This document shows positions 1 through 9,730 of a stretch of DNA of 64,000 bases, in pieces. A model generated the notes under the pieces. It was not told the DNA's origin, did no database searches, and worked only from the letters and a program-made list of their open reading frames with translations. This DNA comes from an uncultured Actinomycetota bacterium (lineage in GTDB: Bacteria > Actinomycetota > Actinomycetes > JAHEKZ01). Position 1 is the first letter of the stretch, and each line of letters opens with the position of its first letter. The DNA lies in NCBI GenBank assembly GCA_963829525.1, contig CAWHIJ010000003.1, positions 608,001 through 672,000 on the forward strand, given 5' to 3'. The translations under genes were made by a program, and so were the position numbers.

Positions 1-139
1 CGGCCCGGGCTATCGGCAGAAATAGCAGGATGGTCCCGAGCAGTACAAGCCCAAGGAAGGCCGCTGCTACATAGGTGGTGGGGCGTACCAGACGGGTGAT
101 GGGCACACGCCGGGGAGCGCGCTCAGAACCGCTCGCCAC
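1..139 (-). CDS. Trk/Ktr-family potassium uptake permease, N-terminus (runs off the window)
   Basis: GTG at 139 with an AGGAGG RBS. Translation VASGSERAPRRVPITRLVRPTTYVAAAFLGLVLLGTILLFLPIARA resembles the first helix of TrkH/KtrB. Not in the ORF track. Confidence 0.7.
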   Translation of the reverse strand, partial: MASGSERAPRRVPITRLVRPTTYVAAAFLGLVLLGTILLFLPIARA

Positions 140-206
140 CTGGCCTCCTGCCGTCGCCCGAAGGCCTCCAGCGTGCGAGACCCAGGGGCAAACCTACGAT
201 GAAGCA

Positions 207-1571
207 GTGAACATAGTCGCGAGTACGCCCTGGATCCGCCTCGGAGCCGTGCTCGTGGCCGCATTCCTGCTACCGGCCTGCTCATCGGAGGAAGGACCGG
301 TCATCGAGACGGGGTCGGTCGGACGGCAGACCGTGGTCGAGACGGTGGAGGCGCCTGCCTCGGTGGTGGCGGCGGCGAGCGCGATTGTGTCGTCCCCAGC
401 GAATGGAACCGTCTCGCGCGTGGTGGTGCGAGATGGCGAACAGGTGCAGCGCGGCGATGTCCTCTTCGTCGTCAACTCGCCAGAGACCGAGCAGCGCCTG
501 GCCCAGGCACAGCAGGCGGCGGCCTCGGGTACACCGCCGACGATTGACCTGCCACAAGCCAGCACCGGGGCCAGTGCCGCGCAGGCGGCAGCTGCCGCTG
601 ACCGCGCATTCCAGCAGGCGCGCGATGCTGCCAAGCAGATCCAGAACCGCGACCTTCGCCAACAAGCCCTGCAGCAGGTCGCAGCGGCCGAGGCCCAGCT
701 CGCTGCGGCTCAGGCGCAGGTGCAGTCGACGGTGGACCAGATCAACAGCAGCGTCTCGGCGCTGGAGCAGTCACTGGCTGCCGTGACCGGTGCGCAGCAG
801 GCGCAGGCAGAGGTGGCGGTCCGGGCGGGACAGCAAGCCGTGGACGACCTGACCGTAAAGGCACCAATTGCAGGGCGGATCGTCTTCGGCGCATCCGCAG
901 GTGGCGGAGGGGGAAGTGACGTTTCCGGACTGATCGACCAGCTGCCCTCGTCGTTAGCCGGGCAGGCGGAGTCGCTGCTCGGAGGGGGAGGCAGCGGCAG
1001 CGGTGGAAGCGGCAGTACGACAGGGATCGTTTCGGCAGGTAGCCCGGTCACCGACGGAGACCCCGTTTTGACTATCACGGATACGTCGCTGCTGACCTTG
1101 CGCGCTGAGGTGGACGAGACCGACGTTCTGCTCGTACGGAAGGGGGTGAAGGCCGACGTCGAGCTCGATGCCGTCCCAGGCGCGAGATATGGCGCTGTCG
1201 TGCGCAACGTTGACCTGTCACCGACGACGTCCAGCCGGGGCGGAGTCAGCTACATCGTCCGCCTCGAGCTGGGCGGAGGAACCCTCGTTAACGGTTCTCC
1301 GGCGCCACGCCCGCGTCCTGGTATGTCTGCCGTGGCCTCCTTGCGGGTCCTGACCTCGAAGGACGTAGTCGCCGTTCCAGTTGCCGCCGTCTTCCGCGAA
1401 GGTGAGCAGGATGCCGTTTGGGTAGTCCAGGAGAACGTTCCTGAGAAACGCATCGTGACACTGGGTGCGCAGGGCGAGGAGTACCTCGAGATTGTCGATG
1501 GCGTCAGCGAGGGTGACACGATAGTCGTGCGGGGCGCTGATCAGGTGGTCGAAGGCGAAGAGCTGCCGTGA
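207..1571 (+). CDS. Efflux membrane-fusion/periplasmic adaptor subunit (MacA/YknX-like), probable lipoprotein
   Basis: Lipobox-like LLPAC, lipoyl half-motifs (SPANGTV..V..GD, APIAG), coiled coil, VDETD and RPGMSA. Start moved from ORF 75 to GTG 207, because the extension overlaps the divergent gene. Confidence 0.85.
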   Translation: MNIVASTPWIRLGAVLVAAFLLPACSSEEGPVIETGSVGRQTVVETVEAPASVVAAASAIVSSPANGTVSRVVVRDGEQVQRGDVLFVVNSPETEQRLAQAQQAAASGTPPTIDLPQASTGASAAQAAAAADRAFQQARDAAKQIQNRDLRQQALQQVAAAEAQLAAAQAQVQSTVDQINSSVSALEQSLAAVTGAQQAQAEVAVRAGQQAVDDLTVKAPIAGRIVFGASAGGGGGSDVSGLIDQLPSSLAGQAESLLGGGGSGSGGSGSTTGIVSAGSPVTDGDPVLTITDTSLLTLRAEVDETDVLLVRKGVKADVELDAVPGARYGAVVRNVDLSPTTSSRGGVSYIVRLELGGGTLVNGSPAPRPRPGMSAVASLRVLTSKDVVAVPVAAVFREGEQDAVWVVQENVPEKRIVTLGAQGEEYLEIVDGVSEGDTIVVRGADQVVEGEELP

Positions 1572-2269
1572 CGACGCCGGCGATCGAGGCCGTCGATGTG
1601 ACACGGGTCTACTCGCTGGGTGGCACCGAGGTGCATGCGCTGCGCGGAGTCTCCTTGCGGATCGAGGCGGGTGAGTACGCCGCGATCGTCGGACCGTCGG
1701 GGTCAGGCAAGTCGACGTTGATGCACCTCTTGGGCTTGCTCGATCGGCCGAGCAGCGGCGTCATCACCGTGGGTGGCAGAGACGCCACATCGCTGTCGGA
1801 CTCCGAGCTGGCGGTCCTACGGAACGAGACGATCGGGTTCGTCTTCCAGTCCTTCCAGCTGCTGGCACGCACAGCCGCGATCGACAACGTGGCCTTGCCT
1901 CTCCTCTACCGCGGCGTCGCGAAGAAAGAGCGACGCGAGCGGGCTGCCGCTGCTCTCGACGCCGTTGGCTTGGGAGATCGCAAGGGACATAAGGCCACCG
2001 AGCTCTCCGGTGGAGAGCAGCAACGCGTCGCGATTGCGCGGGCGCTCGTGGGAGAGCCGCAGCTGTTGCTCGCCGATGAGCCGACGGGCAACCTCGACAC
2101 CCGTACCGGTGGTGAGGTGATGGACACGCTTGAACAGTTGAACGCCGAGCGGGGCGTCGCCGTTGTTCTCGTCACCCACGACCAAGACATAGCGGTGCGA
2201 ACCGGCCGACAGGTCTACTTCCGAGACGGGCTGATCGAACGTGATGAGTCGAAGGCTGCAGCACAGTGA
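1568..2269 (+). CDS. ABC transporter ATP-binding protein (MacB/LolD-like)
   Basis: GPSGSGKS, LSGGEQQRV and ADEPTGNLD motifs; GTGA overlap with the upstream gene. Confidence 0.95.
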   Translation: MTTPAIEAVDVTRVYSLGGTEVHALRGVSLRIEAGEYAAIVGPSGSGKSTLMHLLGLLDRPSSGVITVGGRDATSLSDSELAVLRNETIGFVFQSFQLLARTAAIDNVALPLLYRGVAKKERRERAAAALDAVGLGDRKGHKATELSGGEQQRVAIARALVGEPQLLLADEPTGNLDTRTGGEVMDTLEQLNAERGVAVVLVTHDQDIAVRTGRQVYFRDGLIERDESKAAAQ

Positions 2270-3450
2270 GACTGGCTGAAGCATTTCGGGTGGCCCTCGA
2301 CGCGTTGCGCGCCAACCGACTTCGCAGCCTGTTGACGATGCTAGGAGTCATCATCGGTGTCGCTGCGGTTGTGGTGCTGGTCGCGATCGGTAGCGGCGCC
2401 AAGCAAGAGGTAGAGGCCCAAGTCGAGGGGCTCGGATCCAACATCATCTTCGTTCTGCCGGGCTCGGTTGAGTTTGGATCCGCGCCCTCCATCAGCCAGC
2501 TTCAGCTGGAGGACGTCGAGTACATAGGTCGCGTGATCGGAAATCCAGAAGCGGTAGCAACCACAGTCTCGAGCGGTGAGACCGTCTCGGTGGGATCCAC
2601 AGAGGTGTTCAGCACCATCGCGGGCACCAACGAGAACGTTCCCAACGTGTTCACGCGACCGGTCGCGCGCGGCGAGTACCTGACGGCGACCGACGTCGAC
2701 ACCCGACGGAGGGTCGCCGTTCTTGGGAGTGGAGTCTCCGACGAACTCTTCGGAGACATTGAGCCACTGGGACGGCAGATCACCATCGCCGGTGTCCGGT
2801 TCCGGGTCATCGGGGTCTTCGAGGAAGTCGGTTCAGCGTTCGGCGTCAGCCGGGACCAGGAGATCCATATCCCCGTGACGACGGCTCAGCAGCTCTTCGG
2901 CGTCGATCGCATCGATGCCCTCGCAGTGAAGGCGCCGACCATCGACGACGTCGAGCCGCTGCGACGCGAACTGCTGGCGGCCTTGGAGGAGAAGTACCCA
3001 GACGAGGAGTTCTCAGCGGTGACGCAGAGCCAGATCCTCGGGACGCTGGGCGATATTCTTGGGCTCCTGACACTGGTGCTCGCGGCCATCGCTGCGATCT
3101 CGCTGCTCGTTGGCGGCGTTGGCGTCAGCAACATCATGCTGGTGTCCGTGCGCGAGCGGACGCGCGAGATCGGGCTGCGCAAGGCACTGGGTGCGCGTCG
3201 ACGAGACATCACCGTGCAGTTCCTGATCGAGGCGGTGCTGCTGACCACGGTTGGCGGCGTGATCGGGATGGCGATCGGCATCAGCGTCTCGTTGTTGGCG
3301 GATGCGTTCTCCCCGCTGCCGGCCGTGATCGCCTGGTGGTCGCCGGTGCTGGCGTTCACGGTCTCGGTAGCTGTTGGCGTTTTCTTCGGAGTGATCCCGG
3401 CCCGAAGGGCCGGCAAGCTGGAACCCGTTGTGGCGCTGCGCAGCGAATAG
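2266..3450 (+). CDS. ABC transporter permease (MacB/FtsX-like)
   Basis: RSLLTMLGVIIGVAAVV, NIMLVSVRERTREIGLRKALGA and PVVALRSE. Confidence 0.95.
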   Translation: MRLAEAFRVALDALRANRLRSLLTMLGVIIGVAAVVVLVAIGSGAKQEVEAQVEGLGSNIIFVLPGSVEFGSAPSISQLQLEDVEYIGRVIGNPEAVATTVSSGETVSVGSTEVFSTIAGTNENVPNVFTRPVARGEYLTATDVDTRRRVAVLGSGVSDELFGDIEPLGRQITIAGVRFRVIGVFEEVGSAFGVSRDQEIHIPVTTAQQLFGVDRIDALAVKAPTIDDVEPLRRELLAALEEKYPDEEFSAVTQSQILGTLGDILGLLTLVLAAIAAISLLVGGVGVSNIMLVSVRERTREIGLRKALGARRRDITVQFLIEAVLLTTVGGVIGMAIGISVSLLADAFSPLPAVIAWWSPVLAFTVSVAVGVFFGVIPARRAGKLEPVVALRSE

Positions 3451-3602
3451 ACCGGTCGCTTTGAAGACTTGCCGTTGCTTTTGGGCGTTTCTACGTCGTC
3501 GGAATGCTTGGTAAGTCTCCATACATCCACGAAGGGCCCGCCCGAATAGTCAAGGGCTGTGGAAGTGACCCCACCACGCGCCATCCGTGCCAGACTTTGT
3601 AG

Positions 3603-3995
3603 ATGACGACTGAAGACCAAGCGGCGGTCGAAGATGTCGATGGCGTGCAAGATCGCTGGTGGTGGGCTGGCCCGGCGGTCGCACTGACGCTTCTGAGCAC
3701 CCTGGGGGCCTTCGAGGTCCTGGTTCTGCTGCTCAATCTTGGAGTGCTTGCGTCGATCGCAGCCGGTGTGATTCCCGACGACTGTCCTCCAGGAGTGACC
3801 TGCTCTGGAGATCTCAACCTATTTCCTGCCCTTCCTCAGCAACTGATCCCCTTGGCAATCTTGTCCCTGGGATGGCTTCTAGCCATCCTGTCCTTTCGAG
3901 GACCAACGACCATTGGCCGCCGACCCCGGCGTTGGACCCTGAGCGTCATCGCAACCGCATGTCCAGTAATCGTCTGGGTCTGGCTCTTCGTCTGA
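3603..3995 (+). CDS. Hypothetical membrane protein (about 3 TM)
   Basis: ATG-initiated ORF filling the gap; hydrophobic segments with a CPPGVTC loop. Confidence 0.55.
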   Translation: MTTEDQAAVEDVDGVQDRWWWAGPAVALTLLSTLGAFEVLVLLLNLGVLASIAAGVIPDDCPPGVTCSGDLNLFPALPQQLIPLAILSLGWLLAILSFRGPTTIGRRPRRWTLSVIATACPVIVWVWLFV

Positions 3996-4131
3996 CTCCC
4001 GGGTGGGATGGTGTTGAACAGCGCGCTGGTCAGCCAGCGCCTCGCTTGCTTTCGGGCTTGCGTCCTGCTGTCGATCTCCAGGGTGCGGTCGGATTGATCG
4101 TCATCTGTACAGCGTTCGGTAGCGTGCCAGG

Positions 4132-5310
4132 GTGACTGGGTCCGCGCAGGTGTACTGGGACGACTCCATGACGCGGTATGACTTCGGACCAAGCCATCCG
4201 ATGAACCCGGTTCGACTCGACCTCCTCATGAGGCTCGCGCGGTCGCTCGGTGTGCTCGACCAGATGGAGCTCGTCGCGCCGAATGTCGCCACCGCTGCAG
4301 AGTTGCTGCGAGTGCATACGCCGGAGTTCTTGGACGCGGTTCAGCAGTGCAGTGCACCCGATTCCGAGGGTGATCTTGCCCACGGAATCGGAACGCCTGA
4401 CGTCCCGACCTTCACTGACATGCACCAGGTTTCGTCGTTGATCGCAGGTGCCACGCTGGGAGCGGCTCGGTCGGTGTGGCGCGGTGCCGCCTCGCACGCG
4501 TTCAGTCCGGCTGGCGGGTTGCACCACGCTATGCCAGCTTCGGCGGCTGGATTCTGTGTCTACAACGACGTGTCCGTTGCGATCGCGGGGGTGTTGGATG
4601 CCGGAGCCGAACGGGTGGCCTATGTCGACATCGACGTGCACCACGGTGATGGCGTCGAGGCGGCCTTTTGGAACGACCCTCGGGTGCTGACGATCTCGAT
4701 CCATCAAGATCCGCGGACTCTCTATCCGGGAACAGGGCGCGCCAGTGAGATTGGGGGTCCTGCGGCCGAGGGGACCGCGGTGAATGTGGCTCTTCCCGCC
4801 TACACCGATGACGAAGGATGGCTGCGGGCCATTCACTCCGTTGTTCCGCATCTGCTTCAGGCGTTCGCTCCACAGATCCTGGTGACCCAGCACGGTTGCG
4901 ACACCCACCACCTCGACCCGCTTGCCCACTTCGCACTGACCATCGACGGGCAGCGGATAGCGGCGGAGTCATTGCATCGGTGGGCGCACAAGTTCGCCGA
5001 GAACCGCTGGGTGGCAACGGGAGGGGGCGGCTATGCCATTGTCGACGTCGTCCCACGCATCTGGACCTTGGTGATGGCCGAGCTTTCGGGGCATCCGATC
5101 CCGGCGCAGACTTCGGTGCCTGAGGAGTGGCGCCGCCATGTCCAGCAGTACATCGGAGTCCGAGCGCCTGCGCTGATGACCGACGGCGCAAGTCCTGTCG
5201 TCACCGATTGGTCTTCCGGGTACGACCCGTCGAACGCCTTGGACCAGGCGATTCTCGCCACCCGTAGGGCGGTGTTCCCTCATCACGGGCTCGACCCGGA
5301 CCGGGACTAA
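4132..5310 (+). CDS. acuC: Acetoin utilization protein AcuC (histone deacetylase family)
   Basis: HPMNPVRL, GGLHHA, GFCVYND, DIDVHHGDG, GCDTH and GGGGY motifs. Confidence 0.92.
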   Translation: MTGSAQVYWDDSMTRYDFGPSHPMNPVRLDLLMRLARSLGVLDQMELVAPNVATAAELLRVHTPEFLDAVQQCSAPDSEGDLAHGIGTPDVPTFTDMHQVSSLIAGATLGAARSVWRGAASHAFSPAGGLHHAMPASAAGFCVYNDVSVAIAGVLDAGAERVAYVDIDVHHGDGVEAAFWNDPRVLTISIHQDPRTLYPGTGRASEIGGPAAEGTAVNVALPAYTDDEGWLRAIHSVVPHLLQAFAPQILVTQHGCDTHHLDPLAHFALTIDGQRIAAESLHRWAHKFAENRWVATGGGGYAIVDVVPRIWTLVMAELSGHPIPAQTSVPEEWRRHVQQYIGVRAPALMTDGASPVVTDWSSGYDPSNALDQAILATRRAVFPHHGLDPDRD

Positions 5311-5425
5311 TCGGACACCCGCCACATGCCGGGGGCGTGGGGAGCCAATCGGGTGACCGCCCGATGGGTGATCACTTCGTCACTGGAGTTCCCTCCCGTC
5401 ACATCCGTCACTACGCTGACTCGAA

Positions 5426-5475
5426 CGCGCGGGTCGCCGTGGCGCCGGAGGGGAAGCCGGCGCCCGGCCCGTGCG
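5426..5475 (+). promoter_or_regulatory. 5' leader stem-loop with AGGGGAAG loop upstream of the Xis-like HTH gene
   Basis: Inner stem GGCGCCGG/CCGGCGCC (5441-5464) and outer stem 5426-5436/5465-5475; a -10-like TACGCT lies at 5412-5417. Confidence 0.5.
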
Positions 5476-5492
5476 GTAGGGAGCGGTGACAG

Positions 5493-5729
5493 ATGGAGCA
5501 GGACCGGGATGACGGCCGGGACGATGCTCGGCAGCCGGAACAGGCGCCGCTCGGGGGAGCTTTTCTGACGGTGGCCGAAGTGGCGGCGCTGATGCGCGTT
5601 TCGAAGATGACGGTCTACCGGCTGGTGCACGCCGGAGACCTTCCAGCTGTGCGCGTTGGGCGCTCGTTCCGCGTCCCGGAGGAGGCTGTACGCGGGTACC
5701 TGCGGGACTCCTTCGTCGAGGCCGGCTGA
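5493..5729 (+). CDS. Excisionase-family helix-turn-helix DNA-binding protein (Rv0500A-like)
   Basis: FLTVAEVAALMRVSKMTVYRLVHAGDLPAVRVGRSFRVPE, in its usual position before bS22. Confidence 0.92.
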   Translation: MEQDRDDGRDDARQPEQAPLGGAFLTVAEVAALMRVSKMTVYRLVHAGDLPAVRVGRSFRVPEEAVRGYLRDSFVEAG

Positions 5730-5826
5730 GCCCGCCCTGATCGGGGCACATCGGGCACCGGTATCCTCGGAGGGCCGGTGCGCGGCGTCCATGCCGTGAC
5801 CGTTCAGTCTTGAGGAAGAGATCACT

Positions 5827-5925
5827 GTGGGTTCTGTCGTCAAAAAGCGCCGCAAGCGGATGGCTAAGAAGAAGCACCGCAAGTTGCTGCGCAAGACGCG
5901 CGTTCAGCGTCGTAACAAGAAGTAG
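5827..5925 (+). CDS. 30S ribosomal protein bS22 (AURKAIP1/COX24 domain)
   Basis: GTG start; [32 protein letters not shown] (32 aa). Too short for the ORF track. Confidence 0.95.
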   Translation: MGSVVKKRRKRMAKKKHRKLLRKTRVQRRNKK

Positions 5926-5958
5926 TCGCGAAACGAGCTGAGCCTGCAGGAGGTCGCG

Positions 5959-6978
5959 ATGGCGCGCGTGGTGCTGGTCACCGGCGTATCCCGGTACCTC
6001 GGCGGAAGACTGGCTCGGCTTCTCGGACAACACCCAGAGGTCCAGCGGGTTGTCGGTGTTGACGTCATCCCACCTCCGGACGATATCGGTAACGCCGAGT
6101 TCGTCCGTGCCGACATCCGCAATCCGGTCATCGCGAAGGTGATCAAGGCCGCCTCGGTCGACACCGTCGTGCACATGAACGTCATCGCGACCCCCGTGGG
6201 AGCCGGCGGGCGGTCGGCGATGAAAGAGATCAACGTCATCGGCACGATGCAGCTCTTGGCTGCATGTCAGCGGGCCGCGTCTGTGAAGCAGCTCGTGGTG
6301 AAGTCATCGGCCACCGTCTACGGGGTCTCTGCGAAGGACCCAGCGCTGTTCACCGAGGACATGGAGGCTGTTCGGCTGCCGCGTTCGGGGTTTGCGAAAG
6401 ACTCCGTTGAGGTCGAGGGCTACGTCCGTGGGTTCGCTCGACGGCGTCCCGATGTGTCGGTTTCGATGCTGCGTTTCGCCAATATCCTCGGCCCTGGGAT
6501 TGACACTCCACTGGCGCGCTACCTCTCGCTGCCAGTTGTGCCGACGGTGATGGGGTTCGACGGTCGCATCCAGCTGACCCATGAAGACGACGCGCTTGCG
6601 GCGGTGCAGGCTGCGACCTTTGGTGAATCGCCCGGTACCTACAACGTGTCAGGCGATGGTGTCCTGATGCTTTCGCAGGCTGTCGCTCGTGCCGGGCGGG
6701 TCAACCTGCCGTTGCCGACGCCGTTCGCGTCGGTGGCGCGTGACCTCGTTCGTCGCTTTGGCTACATCGATTTCACCTCAGAACAGATCGAGTACCTCAA
6801 GTACGGCAGGGGCGTCGACACCAGCCGGATTCGGAACCATCTCGGCTTCGTCGCCAGGTACTCGACGCGCGAGACGTTCGACGCCTTCCTACGGGCGCAC
6901 CCGTTGGGCCGGGTTCTGCCGTGGGACCCCCCGGAGGAGTCGGCACCGGTCACCACCATCGGCGGGGCGGCCACGTGA
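5959..6978 (+). CDS. NAD-dependent epimerase/dehydratase (Rv0501-like)
   Basis: LVTGVSRYLGG Rossmann start, KEINVIGTMQLLAACQ, and conserved synteny. Confidence 0.9.
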   Translation: MARVVLVTGVSRYLGGRLARLLGQHPEVQRVVGVDVIPPPDDIGNAEFVRADIRNPVIAKVIKAASVDTVVHMNVIATPVGAGGRSAMKEINVIGTMQLLAACQRAASVKQLVVKSSATVYGVSAKDPALFTEDMEAVRLPRSGFAKDSVEVEGYVRGFARRRPDVSVSMLRFANILGPGIDTPLARYLSLPVVPTVMGFDGRIQLTHEDDALAAVQAATFGESPGTYNVSGDGVLMLSQAVARAGRVNLPLPTPFASVARDLVRRFGYIDFTSEQIEYLKYGRGVDTSRIRNHLGFVARYSTRETFDAFLRAHPLGRVLPWDPPEESAPVTTIGGAAT

Positions 6979-7880
6979 GCGACGCCCAAGTGATTCCGCT
7001 GAACCCCGACCGTGAGCCGGACGGCGGACCCGGGTCGTCTTTCCCGGGTGAACAGCACCTCGCCGGCGCTTTCAGATTCCTCAGGAGGCGGCTCGAGGGT
7101 TCGTACGGGGTCGATGATTTCGGATTCGACCGCGAGATGACGAACGACCTCCTGATCCCGTCGCTGCGGCCGCTCTACGAGAAGTGGTTCCGCGTCGAGG
7201 TGCATGGCATCGAGAACGTGCCGAGTGAGGGAGGCGCGCTCATCGTGGCCAACCACTCGGGCACTATCGCGCTCGACTCGTTGATGACTCAAGTGGCACT
7301 CGCTGACCACCACCCCGCCCACCGAGAGCTACGGATGTTGGGAGCCGACCTGGTATTCGCGTTGCCCTTTGTCGGAACCGTCGCGCGGCGAGCGGGTCAC
7401 ACACTTGCCTGCAACCCCGATGCGGAACGCTTGCTCAGTTCTGGAGAGCTCGTCGGCGTATGGCCGGAAGGATTCAAGGGCGTGGGTAAGCCCTACTCCG
7501 AGCGCTACCGGCTGCAGCGGTTTGGGCGTGGGGGATTCGTCTCCGCTGCCCTCCGCGCCCAGGTGCCGATCATCCCCACGTCCATCGTCGGGGCTGAGGA
7601 GATCTACCCGATCTTGGCCGACGCCAAGCTGCTGGCTCGCCTGCTGGGCATGCCGTACTTCCCGATCACTCCGACGTTCCCGTGGCTGGGGCCGCTTGGC
7701 ATGATCCCATTGCCCAGCAAGTGGCACATCGAGTTTGGTGAGCCGATCGTGACCGATGTGTTCACCGAAGGCGCGGCCGACGACCCGATGCTGATGTTCA
7801 ACCTCACCGATCAGGTGCGCGAGACCATCCAGCACACGCTCTACAAACTATTGATGCAGCGTCGCAGCGTCTTCTTCTGA
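6975..7880 (+). CDS. Lysophospholipid acyltransferase family protein (Rv0502-like)
   Basis: NHSGTIALD and WPEG motifs; GTG start overlaps the previous stop. Confidence 0.92.
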   Translation: MSDAQVIPLNPDREPDGGPGSSFPGEQHLAGAFRFLRRRLEGSYGVDDFGFDREMTNDLLIPSLRPLYEKWFRVEVHGIENVPSEGGALIVANHSGTIALDSLMTQVALADHHPAHRELRMLGADLVFALPFVGTVARRAGHTLACNPDAERLLSSGELVGVWPEGFKGVGKPYSERYRLQRFGRGGFVSAALRAQVPIIPTSIVGAEEIYPILADAKLLARLLGMPYFPITPTFPWLGPLGMIPLPSKWHIEFGEPIVTDVFTEGAADDPMLMFNLTDQVRETIQHTLYKLLMQRRSVFF

Positions 7881-7888
7881 CGCCCGCG

Positions 7889-8764
7889 TCAGCTGCGGTG
7901 GCGGCGGCTGGAGACGACTCCCGCTGCGACGCCAGCAGCGGCACCAACCACGAGTGCAGACGGGACACCGATGCGCGCGGCCTTGCGGCCCGTGCGGTAG
8001 TCGTGCACGTGCCAGCCCATGGCGCGTGCATGCCGACGCAGGGCGGCGTCCGGGTTGATCGCCACCGGCTGGCCGACCAGCGACAGCATGGGAATGTCGT
8101 TCGATGAGTCAGAGTAGGCAGAGCAAAGCGCGAGGTCGAGGCTCTCACGCTCGGCAAGTGCCCGGACAGCCTCGGCCTTTGCTGGTCCGTGCAGTGGAGC
8201 ACCAGCGAGCTTGCCGGTGTACTTGCCATCGACAATCGCAGAGACGGTACCGAGGGCGCCGGTCAGTTCGAGCTTGCGTGCAATGAGTGAAGCCATCTCT
8301 ACTGGGGCGGCTGACACAAGCCAGACCCGTTGACCAGCTCGCAGGTGTGTGCGAGTGAGCTCAATGGTCTGCGTATAGAGCTTGTCCTCGATCCTTTCGT
8401 CGAAGATCTCGTCGCCGAGGGAGACGACCTCGTCAACATCGTGCCCCGCGACGAAGCTGAGCGCCGCGTCGATCACCGAGGCGATGTCATTGGTGTCCTC
8501 GCGTCCTGCCACCCGGAATTTCGCCTGCTTCCAGGCGAACGAGCTGACGTCCCCGAACGTGAAGAACTTGCGCTTTGCCAGTCCCCGGGCCAGGTGGAAG
8601 AGAGAAGCGCCACGGACGATCGTGTTGTCGATGTCGAAGAAAGCCGCCGCGTGCCGGTCCAGGACGAGTTCCTGCGTGGTCTCAGCTCGCAGCGCGGCTG
8701 CCTCGCCGGCAATGACCGCCGGTGGGCGGGGGCGTGGGTGCTGGGGGTCGTCCATGGAGGTCAC
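7889..8764 (-). CDS. HAD-IB family hydrolase (SerB1-like)
   Basis: AAFFDIDNT, AYSDSSNDIPML and AINPD motifs. Start may be the ATG at 8755. Confidence 0.9.
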   Translation of the reverse strand: MTSMDDPQHPRPRPPAVIAGEAAALRAETTQELVLDRHAAAFFDIDNTIVRGASLFHLARGLAKRKFFTFGDVSSFAWKQAKFRVAGREDTNDIASVIDAALSFVAGHDVDEVVSLGDEIFDERIEDKLYTQTIELTRTHLRAGQRVWLVSAAPVEMASLIARKLELTGALGTVSAIVDGKYTGKLAGAPLHGPAKAEAVRALAERESLDLALCSAYSDSSNDIPMLSLVGQPVAINPDAALRRHARAMGWHVHDYRTGRKAARIGVPSALVVGAAAGVAAGVVSSRRHRS

Positions 8765-8847
8765 GTCGCAACCCTACGGGCGTGACCACCACACTCGGCG
8801 TACGAAGGCGGCACCGGAGGGGACATTCGGCGGGCTTGGAGGCGGGG

Positions 8848-9570
8848 TCAGCCGGACATAGCGTTCATGACCGCTGTGAAGTCTAGGACGGCAACGATGG
8901 GGTCGTCGTTGCGGCGCCCCTTCGACCGGTCGGCCACCTTCTCGCGGGCATCGCGGATGTTCTGGCGAAGGATCTGCTCGGGGGTCGGCTCGGGAGCGAC
9001 GGTCGTTGGGGCAGACTCTGTGGGGGTGCCGGTCGACGTGGTGCCGGTTGAGTCCGAAGCCTCGCCCCCGGAGCCGGAAGGCCCGCCAGCATCAGAGGAC
9101 GCGGGAGCGCCGCTCGGCGTCCGGAACACCTCGGCCACCCAGAACGTGCCGTCATCCCCGACGGCTGTTCCGACGCCCATCTGCGTGTAGCTGGAGTCGA
9201 GTATCTGCGCGCGGTGGTCGGGGCTGTTCATCAGGACGTCGTGTGCCGACCTCCAGTCGCCGGCGTACGCCACGTTCTCACCGATCCGCGACCAACCTCC
9301 GACCTCGCTGGCGAGGTTTGGGTTGTGGTAGAGCTCGCCGGAGGCCGCCATGCGTTCGGCCTGACCGCGCGCCGCCGTAGTCAGGTCGCTGGCGTACGAG
9401 TAGGCCGGAAGACCGGCCGAAGATCTGGCGGCGTTGACCGCCGAGAAGATGTCGCCTTCGTTTGGTCCCGCAAAGGCGGTGCCGGGGACAAGGACGATCG
9501 CCAAGGACGCCGTGAGCAGACCAGCCAGGGTCGTGGCCAGGCGTTGCCGCCATGGACGAACCGGATTCAC
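8848..9570 (-). CDS. Secreted CAP (SCP) domain protein
   Basis: Signal peptide, NAAR, GENVA, MNSPDHRAQIL and MGVG, followed by a S/T/P-rich tail. Confidence 0.88.
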   Translation of the reverse strand: MNPVRPWRQRLATTLAGLLTASLAIVLVPGTAFAGPNEGDIFSAVNAARSSAGLPAYSYASDLTTAARGQAERMAASGELYHNPNLASEVGGWSRIGENVAYAGDWRSAHDVLMNSPDHRAQILDSSYTQMGVGTAVGDDGTFWVAEVFRTPSGAPASSDAGGPSGSGGEASDSTGTTSTGTPTESAPTTVAPEPTPEQILRQNIRDAREKVADRSKGRRNDDPIVAVLDFTAVMNAMSG

Positions 9571-9730
9571 GCTCTCACCACTCTCGTCGGGGCACTCCTA
9601 GAGGTGTCGGGGCCTCAGGCGCTTCCTTGAGCCGGGATTCACCCGATTGGCCTATTTCTTCGTGTTTCTTCGTGATCTGGCCGACTCAAGGAGGCGTGTC
9701 GGACCAACCCCGGCACCTGGCTGTCCGGCT

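Noticed and set aside
5493-5729. Excisionase as a sign of a prophage or ICE
   Set aside because: It is the conserved chromosomal HTH gene before bS22; no integrase, att site or phage genes are nearby.
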